DNA of 64,000 nucleotides from Candidatus Berkelbacteria bacterium CG10_big_fil_rev_8_21_14_0_10_43_13 (GTDB lineage Bacteria; Patescibacteriota; UBA1384; XYA2-FULL-43-10; 1-14-0-10-43-13): NCBI GenBank assembly GCA_002773985.1, contig PEZW01000009.1, positions 23,546 to 87,545 of the forward strand, read 5' to 3'. Shown piece by piece: positions 56,873 to 64,000 of this stretch (position 1 is its first letter; each line of letters starts with the position of its first letter). The notes under the pieces were generated by a model. It saw only the letters and a program-made list of their open reading frames with translations, ran no database searches and was not told where the DNA came from. The position numbers and the translations under genes were made by a program.

Positions 56873-58306
56873 CTAAATATTTTTCTCGACGAAATATTTT
56901 TTCAATTCAGCAATTTTTATTCGCTCCTGCTTCATCGTATCACGATCACGAACGGTGACGGATTTGTCTTTTGCAGAGTCAAAATCGACCGTCAGACAAA
57001 ACGGTGTGCCAATCTCATCCTGGCGACGATAGCGCCGGCCAATCGAACCGGATTCATCATAAAAAGTCGCAATCCCCGCTTGACGCAGGTCTGCAATAAT
57101 ATCGTGGGCCAGCTCCGGCATACCCTCTTTTTTCATCAGCGGAAAAACAGCCACTTTGATAGGAGCCAATTTCGGATGAAGCCGCAAAGTTACCTCGCCT
57201 ATTTCTCGTCCGTCTTTGCCATCAGATTCATCGTATGCATCCACCAGAAAAGCCAACATCGCACGATCAACTCCCATCGTCGGCTCGACGACATAAGGGA
57301 TATATTTTTTTCCATTGACTTCATCGAAATATTTCTGATCAATTCCAGAGTGTTTTGAATGTTGTTCAAGATCAAATTTTGTCCGTTGTGCCACACCAGC
57401 CAACTCCGACATGCCAAACGGAAAATCGTATTCAATGTCGGAAGTTCCAGCTGAATAATGTGAAAGCTCACTCTTGTCGTGCGCTCGAATTGTTAAATTT
57501 TCATCTCGAATGCCAAAATCAGTAAAAAATTCTTTCCAGCGCGCCAACCAATAAGTAAACCACTTTTTCGATTCATCCAGACTTGGCTCGACAAAATATT
57601 CAATCTCGGCTTGCTCAAATTCTCTCGTGCGAAAAGTGAAATTTCCCGGCGTGATTTCGTTGCGAAAAGCCTTGCCGATCTGACCGATACCAAAAGGGAT
57701 CTTAACCCGTGAAGATTGGGTAACATTTAGAAAATTGATAAACATCCCCTGCGCTGTCTCCGGTCGCAAGTACGCCGTCGAGGTCGAGTCCTCCGTCACG
57801 CCGATAAATGTCTTGAACATAAGATTAAAATTTTTCGCCTCAGCAAAATCATGCTCGCCACCACTTGCACATACCAACATTTCTTTCTCTCCGTCTGTCA
57901 TCCCGGACTTGATCCGGGATCCCGTCTCCGCGTTAGCGTCAGTATTAAATTTCGCTTTAATCTCCTGAACATGGTCTTCTCTAAATCTTTTGTGACATTT
58001 TTTACATTCAACCAATGGGTCAGTAAAAGAACCAATATGCCCGCTGGCTTCCCAGACTTTCGGATTTTGGATGATCGCCGAGTCCATACCGACAATGTCG
58101 TCACGCTCAACAACAAATCTTTTCCACCATTCGTTTTTCAGGTTTAATTTTAATTGAGATCCAAGCGGACCATAATCAAAAGCATTGGCAAAACCGCCAT
58201 AAATCTCACTTGCCGGATACACAAACCCCCGCCGCTTACACAGCGAGATGATTTTTTCCGTTTTGTTATTTGAATTTTCAGCCATTTCAATATTACCGTA
58301 GCCCAA
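56873..58306 (-). CDS. glyQS: Glycine--tRNA ligase (dimeric class II GlyQS type)
   Basis: Class II motifs, anticodon-binding C-domain. Embedded hairpin at 57896-57921. Confidence 0.9.
   Translation of the reverse strand: MGYGNIEMAENSNNKTEKIISLCKRRGFVYPASEIYGGFANAFDYGPLGSQLKLNLKNEWWKRFVVERDDIVGMDSAIIQNPKVWEASGHIGSFTDPLVECKKCHKRFREDHVQEIKAKFNTDANAETGSRIKSGMTDGEKEMLVCASGGEHDFAEAKNFNLMFKTFIGVTEDSTSTAYLRPETAQGMFINFLNVTQSSRVKIPFGIGQIGKAFRNEITPGNFTFRTREFEQAEIEYFVEPSLDESKKWFTYWLARWKEFFTDFGIRDENLTIRAHDKSELSHYSAGTSDIEYDFPFGMSELAGVAQRTKFDLEQHSKHSGIDQKYFDEVNGKKYIPYVVEPTMGVDRAMLAFLVDAYDESDGKDGREIGEVTLRLHPKLAPIKVAVFPLMKKEGMPELAHDIIADLRQAGIATFYDESGSIGRRYRRQDEIGTPFCLTVDFDSAKDKSVTVRDRDTMKQERIKIAELKKYFVEKNI
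57896..57921. repeat. TGTCATCC-family hairpin (tgtcatcccggacttgatccgggatc) in-frame within glyQS
   Basis: Encodes GSRIKSGMT on the minus strand. Same core as the intergenic copies. A related copy lies just upstream of the gene at 58324-58358. Confidence 0.45.
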
Positions 58307-58487
58307 GTTTTAACTTGTTGTCCTGTCATCCCGGACTGCCACCTGAGATCCGGAATCCATTCCTTTTTTGTAATGTTAATAATATCACAAAATTTATTTG
58401 TCTTCACTCTTGCTTATAGTCTTAAAATATTGTACTGTAATGAGTTCACTCACAAAGTGAGCAAATAGCAGCAAAAGGAGAGCTGAA

Positions 58488-58871
58488 ATGCCCACAGCTC
58501 CAATTCTCGGTCTCGTGATCGTGACTCTGCTGATCGTCCTCGCCCACGTCCTGTGTCAGAGGGCGAACCGAAGGGGGAACAGACGTGTTTTGGGAGTCAT
58601 CGATGGAACGATGGTCTATCATGGCCCCAAGTGTCTTCGTGACGGTGTCGAACCACCAAGGTCTGCTTCTGAAATAGGTGGTGACTTTTTCACCTATCGC
58701 TCGCTACCTGTGTACCAGCCGGGAATCCGTGATCCTCTTCGGGGAGCGAACTTCATCACGATAAATTCCAAGAACCAATGGTGTCGCCGATCGCCTGATC
58801 GCCACCACCACCTCAACGAGGACGGCACCACCTGCATCCACTGCGGCATGCAGGCCAAGCGCTTCGAGTGA
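58488..58871 (+). CDS. Hypothetical protein in a GC-rich islet (possible Zn-binding CIHCG motif)
   Basis: 127-aa ORF with an N-terminal TM. Region is about 58% GC. Confidence 0.3.
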   Translation: MPTAPILGLVIVTLLIVLAHVLCQRANRRGNRRVLGVIDGTMVYHGPKCLRDGVEPPRSASEIGGDFFTYRSLPVYQPGIRDPLRGANFITINSKNQWCRRSPDRHHHLNEDGTTCIHCGMQAKRFE

Positions 58872-59056
58872 CCAATCAACACTGGTCTTCGCTTCGCCCC
58901 AACCCACCCACCGCTGGTCCGACCGGCGGTGGGTGTTGTCTTTTAAAATCAACTCATAAATATTATGTGGCAGACCAAACCATCATCAGCACAGTCGACC
59001 CGCCCAAAACGACAGCCGCTAATTCCGATATTTTACTATTCTCACAAAACAAAAAC

Positions 59057-59094
59057 ATCAGCAATTTCACACGATCGTTTGAATTTGTTGATGT
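59057..59094. promoter_or_regulatory. 38-bp palindromic site CATCAGCAATTTCACACGATCGTTTGAATTTGTTGATG downstream of the regulator gene
   Basis: Imperfect dyad with a CACACGATCG core. Near-identical copy at 59729-59767. Confidence 0.45.
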
Positions 59095-59158
59095 CTTGCA
59101 TATGTTAGTGCATTCATTGTATTGAGATATCTCCTATTAGCGGTTAATGAACGCTACA

Positions 59159-59698
59159 TCATTTTTTATCTACAAACATATTTTCTAGTGTCGACTTAAT
59201 ATCGATTGATTCAACAATAGCGTGAACAATATAGTCCTCGACTCCATATTCCTCGGCAGCCAGTCTGACCATCTCGCCCAGATTTTTGTTTGAGACCCAG
59301 AGACTTTTTTGGATCTGTTTAAAGCCAAGTCTTTTGATAACACGACGGAAATTATCTCTTTTGGTTCTCAACCGTTCCGGAATATCAAATGAAACTAGAT
59401 AATATTTGCCGTCAATCACAGCCCTTTCACTCAGACGATCGACAATTGCCAGCCTAGCTTTGTTTGTAAATTGAATCGATTCTCTGCCGTTCGTCCGGCT
59501 TATTTCAACATAACCAAATTTTTTGAAACCATATAAAAACTTCGAAATATTTTTTACCGTTAACTCCTGTTCTCGATAATAGCCATGCAAATTACGGTAA
59601 AATTCCTTGCGATCAAAACCATAAATAATCGCCTCGGGAATATTTAGAAAAAAATCGAGAATCTCCACCGTCGTGTTCACAATTTTCTTTTTATCCAT
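59159..59698 (-). CDS. PaaX-like / Cas2-fold (VapD-like) putative transcriptional regulator
   Basis: C-terminal KYYLVSFDIPERLRTKRDNFRRVIKRLGFKQIQKSLWVS resembles the Cas2/PaaX_C fold. The N-terminus is winged-helix-like. Palindromic sites flank it on both sides. Family call tentative. Confidence 0.4.
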   Translation of the reverse strand: MDKKKIVNTTVEILDFFLNIPEAIIYGFDRKEFYRNLHGYYREQELTVKNISKFLYGFKKFGYVEISRTNGRESIQFTNKARLAIVDRLSERAVIDGKYYLVSFDIPERLRTKRDNFRRVIKRLGFKQIQKSLWVSNKNLGEMVRLAAEEYGVEDYIVHAIVESIDIKSTLENMFVDKK

Positions 59699-59728
59699 AA
59701 CTACATATTACAGTGTCAAGTAAATAAC

Positions 59729-59767
59729 ATCAACATTTTCACACGATCGTGTGATTTTACTGATGTT
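59729..59767. promoter_or_regulatory. Second copy of the 38-bp palindromic site (CATCAACATTTTCACACGATCGTGTGATTTTACTGATG) in the promoter region of the regulator gene
   Basis: Contains the perfect palindrome CACACGATCGTGTG. Lies 30 bp upstream of the ORF start at 59698. Confidence 0.5.
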
Positions 59768-59796
59768 AATAAATGTAACTTAAAGCTTTATCAGTA

Positions 59797-60537
59797 CTAG
59801 ATCATTTTCAAAAAACTTTCACTTTTGAGCTCTTTTTCTAAGATGTTGCCAATATACTTTTTCAAAATCAATTCTACTTCAAGGCGAATATTTTGGTCAT
59901 CCTTGAGACGATCTATCTCGTTAAAATTATTTTTCTCGATGAAGCGCAACAGTTTGATTGCGTTGTCGGAGATTTCTTTGCCATGATGAAATTTATTTTG
60001 ACATTTTTGACAAATAATTCCGCCCTCCAGATTGTCCCAAAAATTATTGCCCGGTTCAATTTTTTGCTTGCAGTGCACACAATCAAAAAGCACCGGTTTA
60101 TAACCGGCCGCCTCAATAATTTTGAGTTGGAATGTTAATAATAAAATATCTTTTGAATTATTTTCCAGGCTTCTTAGAGTCGACAAAAAAAGTTCAAAAA
60201 TATCGGTTGATTTTTCCTCCGAAGAAATAAAATTGTCAATAAGTTCGCCGAGAAAAAAAACCCGGGCGATCTTTTCGATATCATCATGGATTGTAGAAAA
60301 ACTTTCGACAATCTCAGCCCCGGAAATAGAATAAAATGTTTTACCTTCATGCAATAATAGGTTGGACAAAATAAACGGCTCAAGCGCTCCGGCCAGATGT
60401 GATTTTATTTTTCGCACCCCCCGAGCTAATACTTTGACCTTGCCCAGCCGTTCAGTAAAAATCGTTAAAATCTTGTCAGCCTCGCCAAAATTAGTTCCCT
60501 TAAGAACGATGCCTGATGTTTTGATTGAGTGCATCAT
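59797..60537 (-). CDS. recO: DNA repair protein RecO
   Basis: N-terminal OB fold (GIVLKGTNFGEADKILTIFTERLGKV), C-terminal CxxC..CxxC zinc finger. Start taken at MMHSIK. Confidence 0.8.
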   Translation of the reverse strand: MMHSIKTSGIVLKGTNFGEADKILTIFTERLGKVKVLARGVRKIKSHLAGALEPFILSNLLLHEGKTFYSISGAEIVESFSTIHDDIEKIARVFFLGELIDNFISSEEKSTDIFELFLSTLRSLENNSKDILLLTFQLKIIEAAGYKPVLFDCVHCKQKIEPGNNFWDNLEGGIICQKCQNKFHHGKEISDNAIKLLRFIEKNNFNEIDRLKDDQNIRLEVELILKKYIGNILEKELKSESFLKMI

Positions 60538-60649
60538 TTCGTTTGAAGAAAATAAGGTTTGTTCTAACACGGATCTTGTCACACAGATATTCACAGATGG
60601 CTCATTATCCGTGTCGATCCGTGTAAAGAGATCCGTGATGGAATAATCC

Positions 60650-61438
60650 TTATGAGACGCTCTGGCGCCTTAGTATTATCTCTTCTGCCTTCTTCTGCTG
60701 CTCTGGATTGTTTATTCCCAGCGCTTCGCCAATCTCTGAGACCGGCATCGAGACCACTTTTTTACCCTGGCTGGCGGCGATTCTGATCATGTCAGTCAGA
60801 TAAAATTCGCCCTGTGCATTATTTGACTCTAGTTTTTCGACGTTAGACCACAGCCACTCGGCGTTAAAAATGTAGAATCCGGGGTTTGATTCCTCAATCT
60901 TCAACTGTTCTGGCGAACAATCCTTTTGCTCGACAATATCGATCACATTACCGTCAGCGTTTTTAATGATCCGTCCAAAAGCCCAAAACTCCGGATTGTC
61001 AAAAACAACAGTCATCATGGCAATAGTCGGCTTTTCCACTTCATAGAGTTCTAATAATTTCTTGACAGTCTCAGGTTTGTAAAGTGGATTATCACCATAG
61101 AAAACTGCGACTGCTTCTGTCTGACCATCGAGAACTGATTTAGCCGAAGCAGTAGCATGACCAGTACCGAGCTGTTGTTCCTGAACCGCAAATTCTACCT
61201 TGTCGCAAACTTTATCATCATCGTTTGTATGACAGGAAAAATATTCTTCAATCAATTCTTTTTTGTAGCCGACAACCACAACAGTCTTGTCAATCCCGGA
61301 ATCCTTGACCAGCTTGACACTCCAATAGATGATCGGCTTACCGGCGATCTCAAACATAACTTTTGGGATAGCAGAAGCTCTCCCTTCATTCATCCTGGTT
61401 CCTTTACCGGCGCCAAGAATTATAGCTGCGTATTTCAT
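60650..61438 (-). CDS. Sugar-phosphate nucleotidyltransferase (GlmU N-domain-like, no acetyltransferase domain)
   Basis: LGAGKGTRM signature of the NTP_transferase family. 262 aa. Confidence 0.75.
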   Translation of the reverse strand: MKYAAIILGAGKGTRMNEGRASAIPKVMFEIAGKPIIYWSVKLVKDSGIDKTVVVVGYKKELIEEYFSCHTNDDDKVCDKVEFAVQEQQLGTGHATASAKSVLDGQTEAVAVFYGDNPLYKPETVKKLLELYEVEKPTIAMMTVVFDNPEFWAFGRIIKNADGNVIDIVEQKDCSPEQLKIEESNPGFYIFNAEWLWSNVEKLESNNAQGEFYLTDMIRIAASQGKKVVSMPVSEIGEALGINNPEQQKKAEEIILRRQSVS

Positions 61439-61513
61439 AATTAAATCCGAGGCAATTAATGCTTAACAACAAGATTATAACAAAAAAAACTCAGAACGAA
61501 AGTCTTGCTCGCT

Positions 61514-62692
61514 TTATGCTTTACGCCGAGTTTTCAGGCCTCTGGTACCCCACTGATTGTGGTTTAGCGTTAAAAGAGCAACAAAAAACAACCAAAAAAT
61601 CATTGTTTCGTGCACAAAAGCATACTGTATGTTTCGAAACCACAATTTCCAATCTTTTCGCTCAATCATCAAGAGGCTCCTTATGGTTGCCGTGATAATC
61701 ATCATTACTAAATAATATGGCAACATAAAAGGATATCTGATCACAAGTATTACCAAGACAATTCTGACATATGCACCCATAACTGGCATGGCCAGACCGG
61801 AGAAAGTTTCCAACAAAAGAACACCACCTCTTTTAAGGGCATACGGGAAAATTAAACTGCTTTCGCGAATAAAAGATTTCTTCCAACGAAGCTGTTGTTT
61901 TAAAAAATCTTTTAGACTATCAGGAACATACGTCTTGGCTTTAGCTTTTTGAGTATACACTACCTTATGTCCGTCTTGTAACACCATTCTTGTGAGGTGA
62001 CGGTCATCGCCAAAAGTGCATATTTCGCCCAAAAAATTTTCGTTAATATAGTCATCCAAATGCTTCCAGATAAAAGGTTTTCGATAAGCTGACAACGGTC
62101 CAGAACAACATGTCACAACACCAAAACGACTCAATCCTTCTCTTTCGAAATTGAACGCTGCCCAATATCTAGCCTGAAGAAGAGAAGTTAAAAAATTTGT
62201 AGAATTGTTCTCAATTAAGACTTCACCGGTACTGGCGCCAACAGATGGGTCGGAAAAGGGTTTGATTAACTCCCAAATAGCATCTTTACTGACTAAAGTA
62301 TCAGAATCAACAGTAACGATAATCTCGCTACTAGCTTCATTTATTGCCCTGACCTGAGCATGCCTTTTTCCCATGTTTGTTTCTTGTCTGAAGGTTTTTA
62401 TTAAATCAGGATAGCGCGCTTGATATTTCCTGATCACTGCCGCCGTTTCTTCCATAGGAGAGCAATCGTCGACAACAATGATCTCTTTCTCTCCATCAAC
62501 ATCAACAACGCTCTGGAGACAGCGCCTGAGGTTGGCAGGTGGTTCGTTATAAACAGGCACAATAATCGAAACTTTTTGCTTTAGGAGAACATAATCTTTT
62601 GGCCTGAGACGAACGATGGGGTAATAACGATAAACGATGTAAAAAAAAGCAAGTACTGCATAAGTAAATGTAATTACGAATATTGTTATCAT
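61514..62692 (-). CDS. Processive family-2 glycosyltransferase (cellulose/chitin/hyaluronan-synthase-like)
   Basis: D, DxD (DSDT) and QxxRW (QLRWKKSF) motifs. N- and C-terminal TM helices. Confidence 0.8.
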   Translation of the reverse strand: MITIFVITFTYAVLAFFYIVYRYYPIVRLRPKDYVLLKQKVSIIVPVYNEPPANLRRCLQSVVDVDGEKEIIVVDDCSPMEETAAVIRKYQARYPDLIKTFRQETNMGKRHAQVRAINEASSEIIVTVDSDTLVSKDAIWELIKPFSDPSVGASTGEVLIENNSTNFLTSLLQARYWAAFNFEREGLSRFGVVTCCSGPLSAYRKPFIWKHLDDYINENFLGEICTFGDDRHLTRMVLQDGHKVVYTQKAKAKTYVPDSLKDFLKQQLRWKKSFIRESSLIFPYALKRGGVLLLETFSGLAMPVMGAYVRIVLVILVIRYPFMLPYYLVMMIITATIRSLLMIERKDWKLWFRNIQYAFVHETMIFWLFFVALLTLNHNQWGTRGLKTRRKA

Positions 62693-62694
62693 AA

Positions 62695-63777
62695 TTAGTC
62701 CTTAAACAATAATCCTGAAAAATTTTTCTTAACTCTTATATCTTCCTTAACTTTATCCATTTGTTTGGAGTACTTATACATCGAATCGTACATCAGTTCC
62801 AGCCTCTGAGCTTTTGGTTTTTCTTCGATCTGACGAATCTCCTGTGAAAATTGATCGAATGTCTTTATATACTTATTGAGATAAAATGTTACAAATATTC
62901 TATTTGAAAGCACATAGAAAGCCAAGCCTGCAAACAGCAACATCGGAATGACAATAACCAACTTGTTTATCTTTGGAATTTTACGTCTCAGACCTTTATA
63001 TTCACCATCACTTGTGATCGCGGTATTAACTAGATTGAAATTACCAAAGTAGTTACTGATGATATTGGTATCCTTGGGTAAACACTTCCCGCCAATACCA
63101 TCTCTTGCTTCCATGATATTGATATTCCACTTTGTGTTCATCGCTTTTCGTAGCGTTTCGAAATCGATTTTTTTCTCAGCACAGCGCATCTTGAGTTCTT
63201 CAGCGAAGGCAATCTCCATGAAACGATATGTGTTTTCGATGGGTTTACAGAGCTCAACAATCTCAATCGGAAATACATGGATAAGGGAAACGTCCATATA
63301 TCTTTGGTAGAACTTTATCCCTCGAACTGCCGACCTCCTGATAAATGCGCTGGCTACTCGATCAAGATTAAAGTATTGATGCTCCTGATCCTTGGGATTA
63401 AAACGGTGCGGAAAACAGAAAAGATCAAAATCTCCCAAGCGCGAGAGTGTGTCATAGAGCTCTTTCATCGTACCAGGTTCATCTGTCGACTCGATAGAAA
63501 TCAAGGGCACCAGGTCCAAGGGGATTTTTTTAGCAACCTCGATAACCTGGGAGGTTGAATAGACTGCAATTATATAGTGATTTGCTCGCGGTATTGTGTT
63601 TCCGACATTGAAACCCTCAGCTTGATATTGAGCTAGAATTTTATTATTTACATCAACACCAAAAAGGCGGTCCTTACCGTCGACAGAGGCGATTTTGCGC
63701 AACAAACCACCACCGATTTCGCCCAAACCGATAATGACAATATCATAAGCCGTATCAAAGGTAATGACGCCTGACAA
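62695..63777 (-). CDS. UDP-glucose/GDP-mannose dehydrogenase-family protein with a divergent, membrane-anchored C-terminal region
   Basis: N-terminal Rossmann IIGLGEIGG. Catalytic GGKCLPKD motif. C-terminal third replaced by a TM plus coiled-coil segment. Confidence 0.6.
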   Translation of the reverse strand: MSGVITFDTAYDIVIIGLGEIGGGLLRKIASVDGKDRLFGVDVNNKILAQYQAEGFNVGNTIPRANHYIIAVYSTSQVIEVAKKIPLDLVPLISIESTDEPGTMKELYDTLSRLGDFDLFCFPHRFNPKDQEHQYFNLDRVASAFIRRSAVRGIKFYQRYMDVSLIHVFPIEIVELCKPIENTYRFMEIAFAEELKMRCAEKKIDFETLRKAMNTKWNINIMEARDGIGGKCLPKDTNIISNYFGNFNLVNTAITSDGEYKGLRRKIPKINKLVIVIPMLLFAGLAFYVLSNRIFVTFYLNKYIKTFDQFSQEIRQIEEKPKAQRLELMYDSMYKYSKQMDKVKEDIRVKKNFSGLLFKD

Positions 63778-64000
63778 AAACCCCTCCTGTAAGATAGATG
63801 GCTATATAACAATATTAACCATTTTTGTCATTTAAGTCAAAAAAAATCTTTGCTAAATTATTTTTAATAAACGAGAGGCTTTAATCATAATTAGCCTACA
63901 TTATTTAATAAAAAAAGTAGTTACGCTCCGGTTCCGCATGTGCGGATCCGGAGCGCGGGCAAAGTAGGTAGAAGCACTCATCAGTGTTACCCTCCCCATG

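Noticed and set aside
56777-57471. Plus-strand 193-aa ORF and other ORFs antisense to glyQS
   Set aside because: Shadow ORFs inside a strongly supported aminoacyl-tRNA synthetase gene.
1-64000. CRISPR array or cas operon
   Set aside because: No regularly spaced direct repeats with unique spacers anywhere. The Cas2-like fold at 59159-59698 is isolated and better explained as a PaaX/VapD-like regulator.
1-64000. Alternative genetic code (UGA recoding, as in some CPR lineages)
   Set aside because: Long conserved genes (argS, tyrS, PBP1A, murC-G) are uninterrupted under the standard code and terminate at conventional stops. No in-frame TGA needed.

Overview
This is a low-GC (about 40%) bacterial segment with dense, mostly minus-strand coding. 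Its gene content and architecture resemble a small-genome Patescibacteria/CPR-like or Firmicutes-like organism under the standard genetic code. No in-frame UGA recoding is evident.

Main content, in order:
- 1-8145: a type IV pilus operon (pilT partial, pilB/gspE, PilO-like and PilN-like proteins, and two large secreted Gly-rich proteins). It is interrupted by a four-helix-bundle (23S-IVS-protein family) gene flanked by 30-bp inverted repeats.
- 9396-12741: a DEAD-box helicase and typA/bipA.
- 14283-16016: a tRNA/ribosomal-protein cluster (tRNA-Thr, tRNA-Tyr, tRNA-Thr, rpmG, tRNA-Trp). It carries tRNA fragments and an HTH-protein insertion.
- 16067-24725: a Fic protein, holB-ricT, rpmB, an M50 protease, uppS, and a decayed ABC transporter.
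- 26176-27223: two convergent tRNA-Pro genes bracketing a GC-rich islet.
- 27387-43100: glycosyltransferases, argS, tyrS, PBP1A, a TrpR/YerC-like regulator, a lone hisD, radA, recJ and alkD.
- 43310-56148: a complete dcw cell-wall cluster (ftsQ, murB, murC, murG, ftsW, murD, mraY, murF, ftsI, ftsL, mraZ) that apparently lacks rsmH.
- 56873-63777: glyQS, recO, and a has-like polysaccharide locus (UGDH-like, processive GT2, nucleotidyltransferase).

The most unusual signals:
1. A dispersed family of small palindromic MITE-like elements with TGTCATCC...GGATGACA termini.
2. Short GC-rich or palindromic in-frame insertions inside conserved genes (typA, murD, glyS), reminiscent of Rickettsia palindromic elements.
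3. Several 400-800 bp GC-rich islets (55-60% GC) bounded by terminators or tRNAs.
4. One islet, between mraY and murD, has a near-consensus promoter and a terminator but no ORF. It is a candidate unassigned structured ncRNA.
5. Palindromic operator-like sites flanking two small regulator genes.
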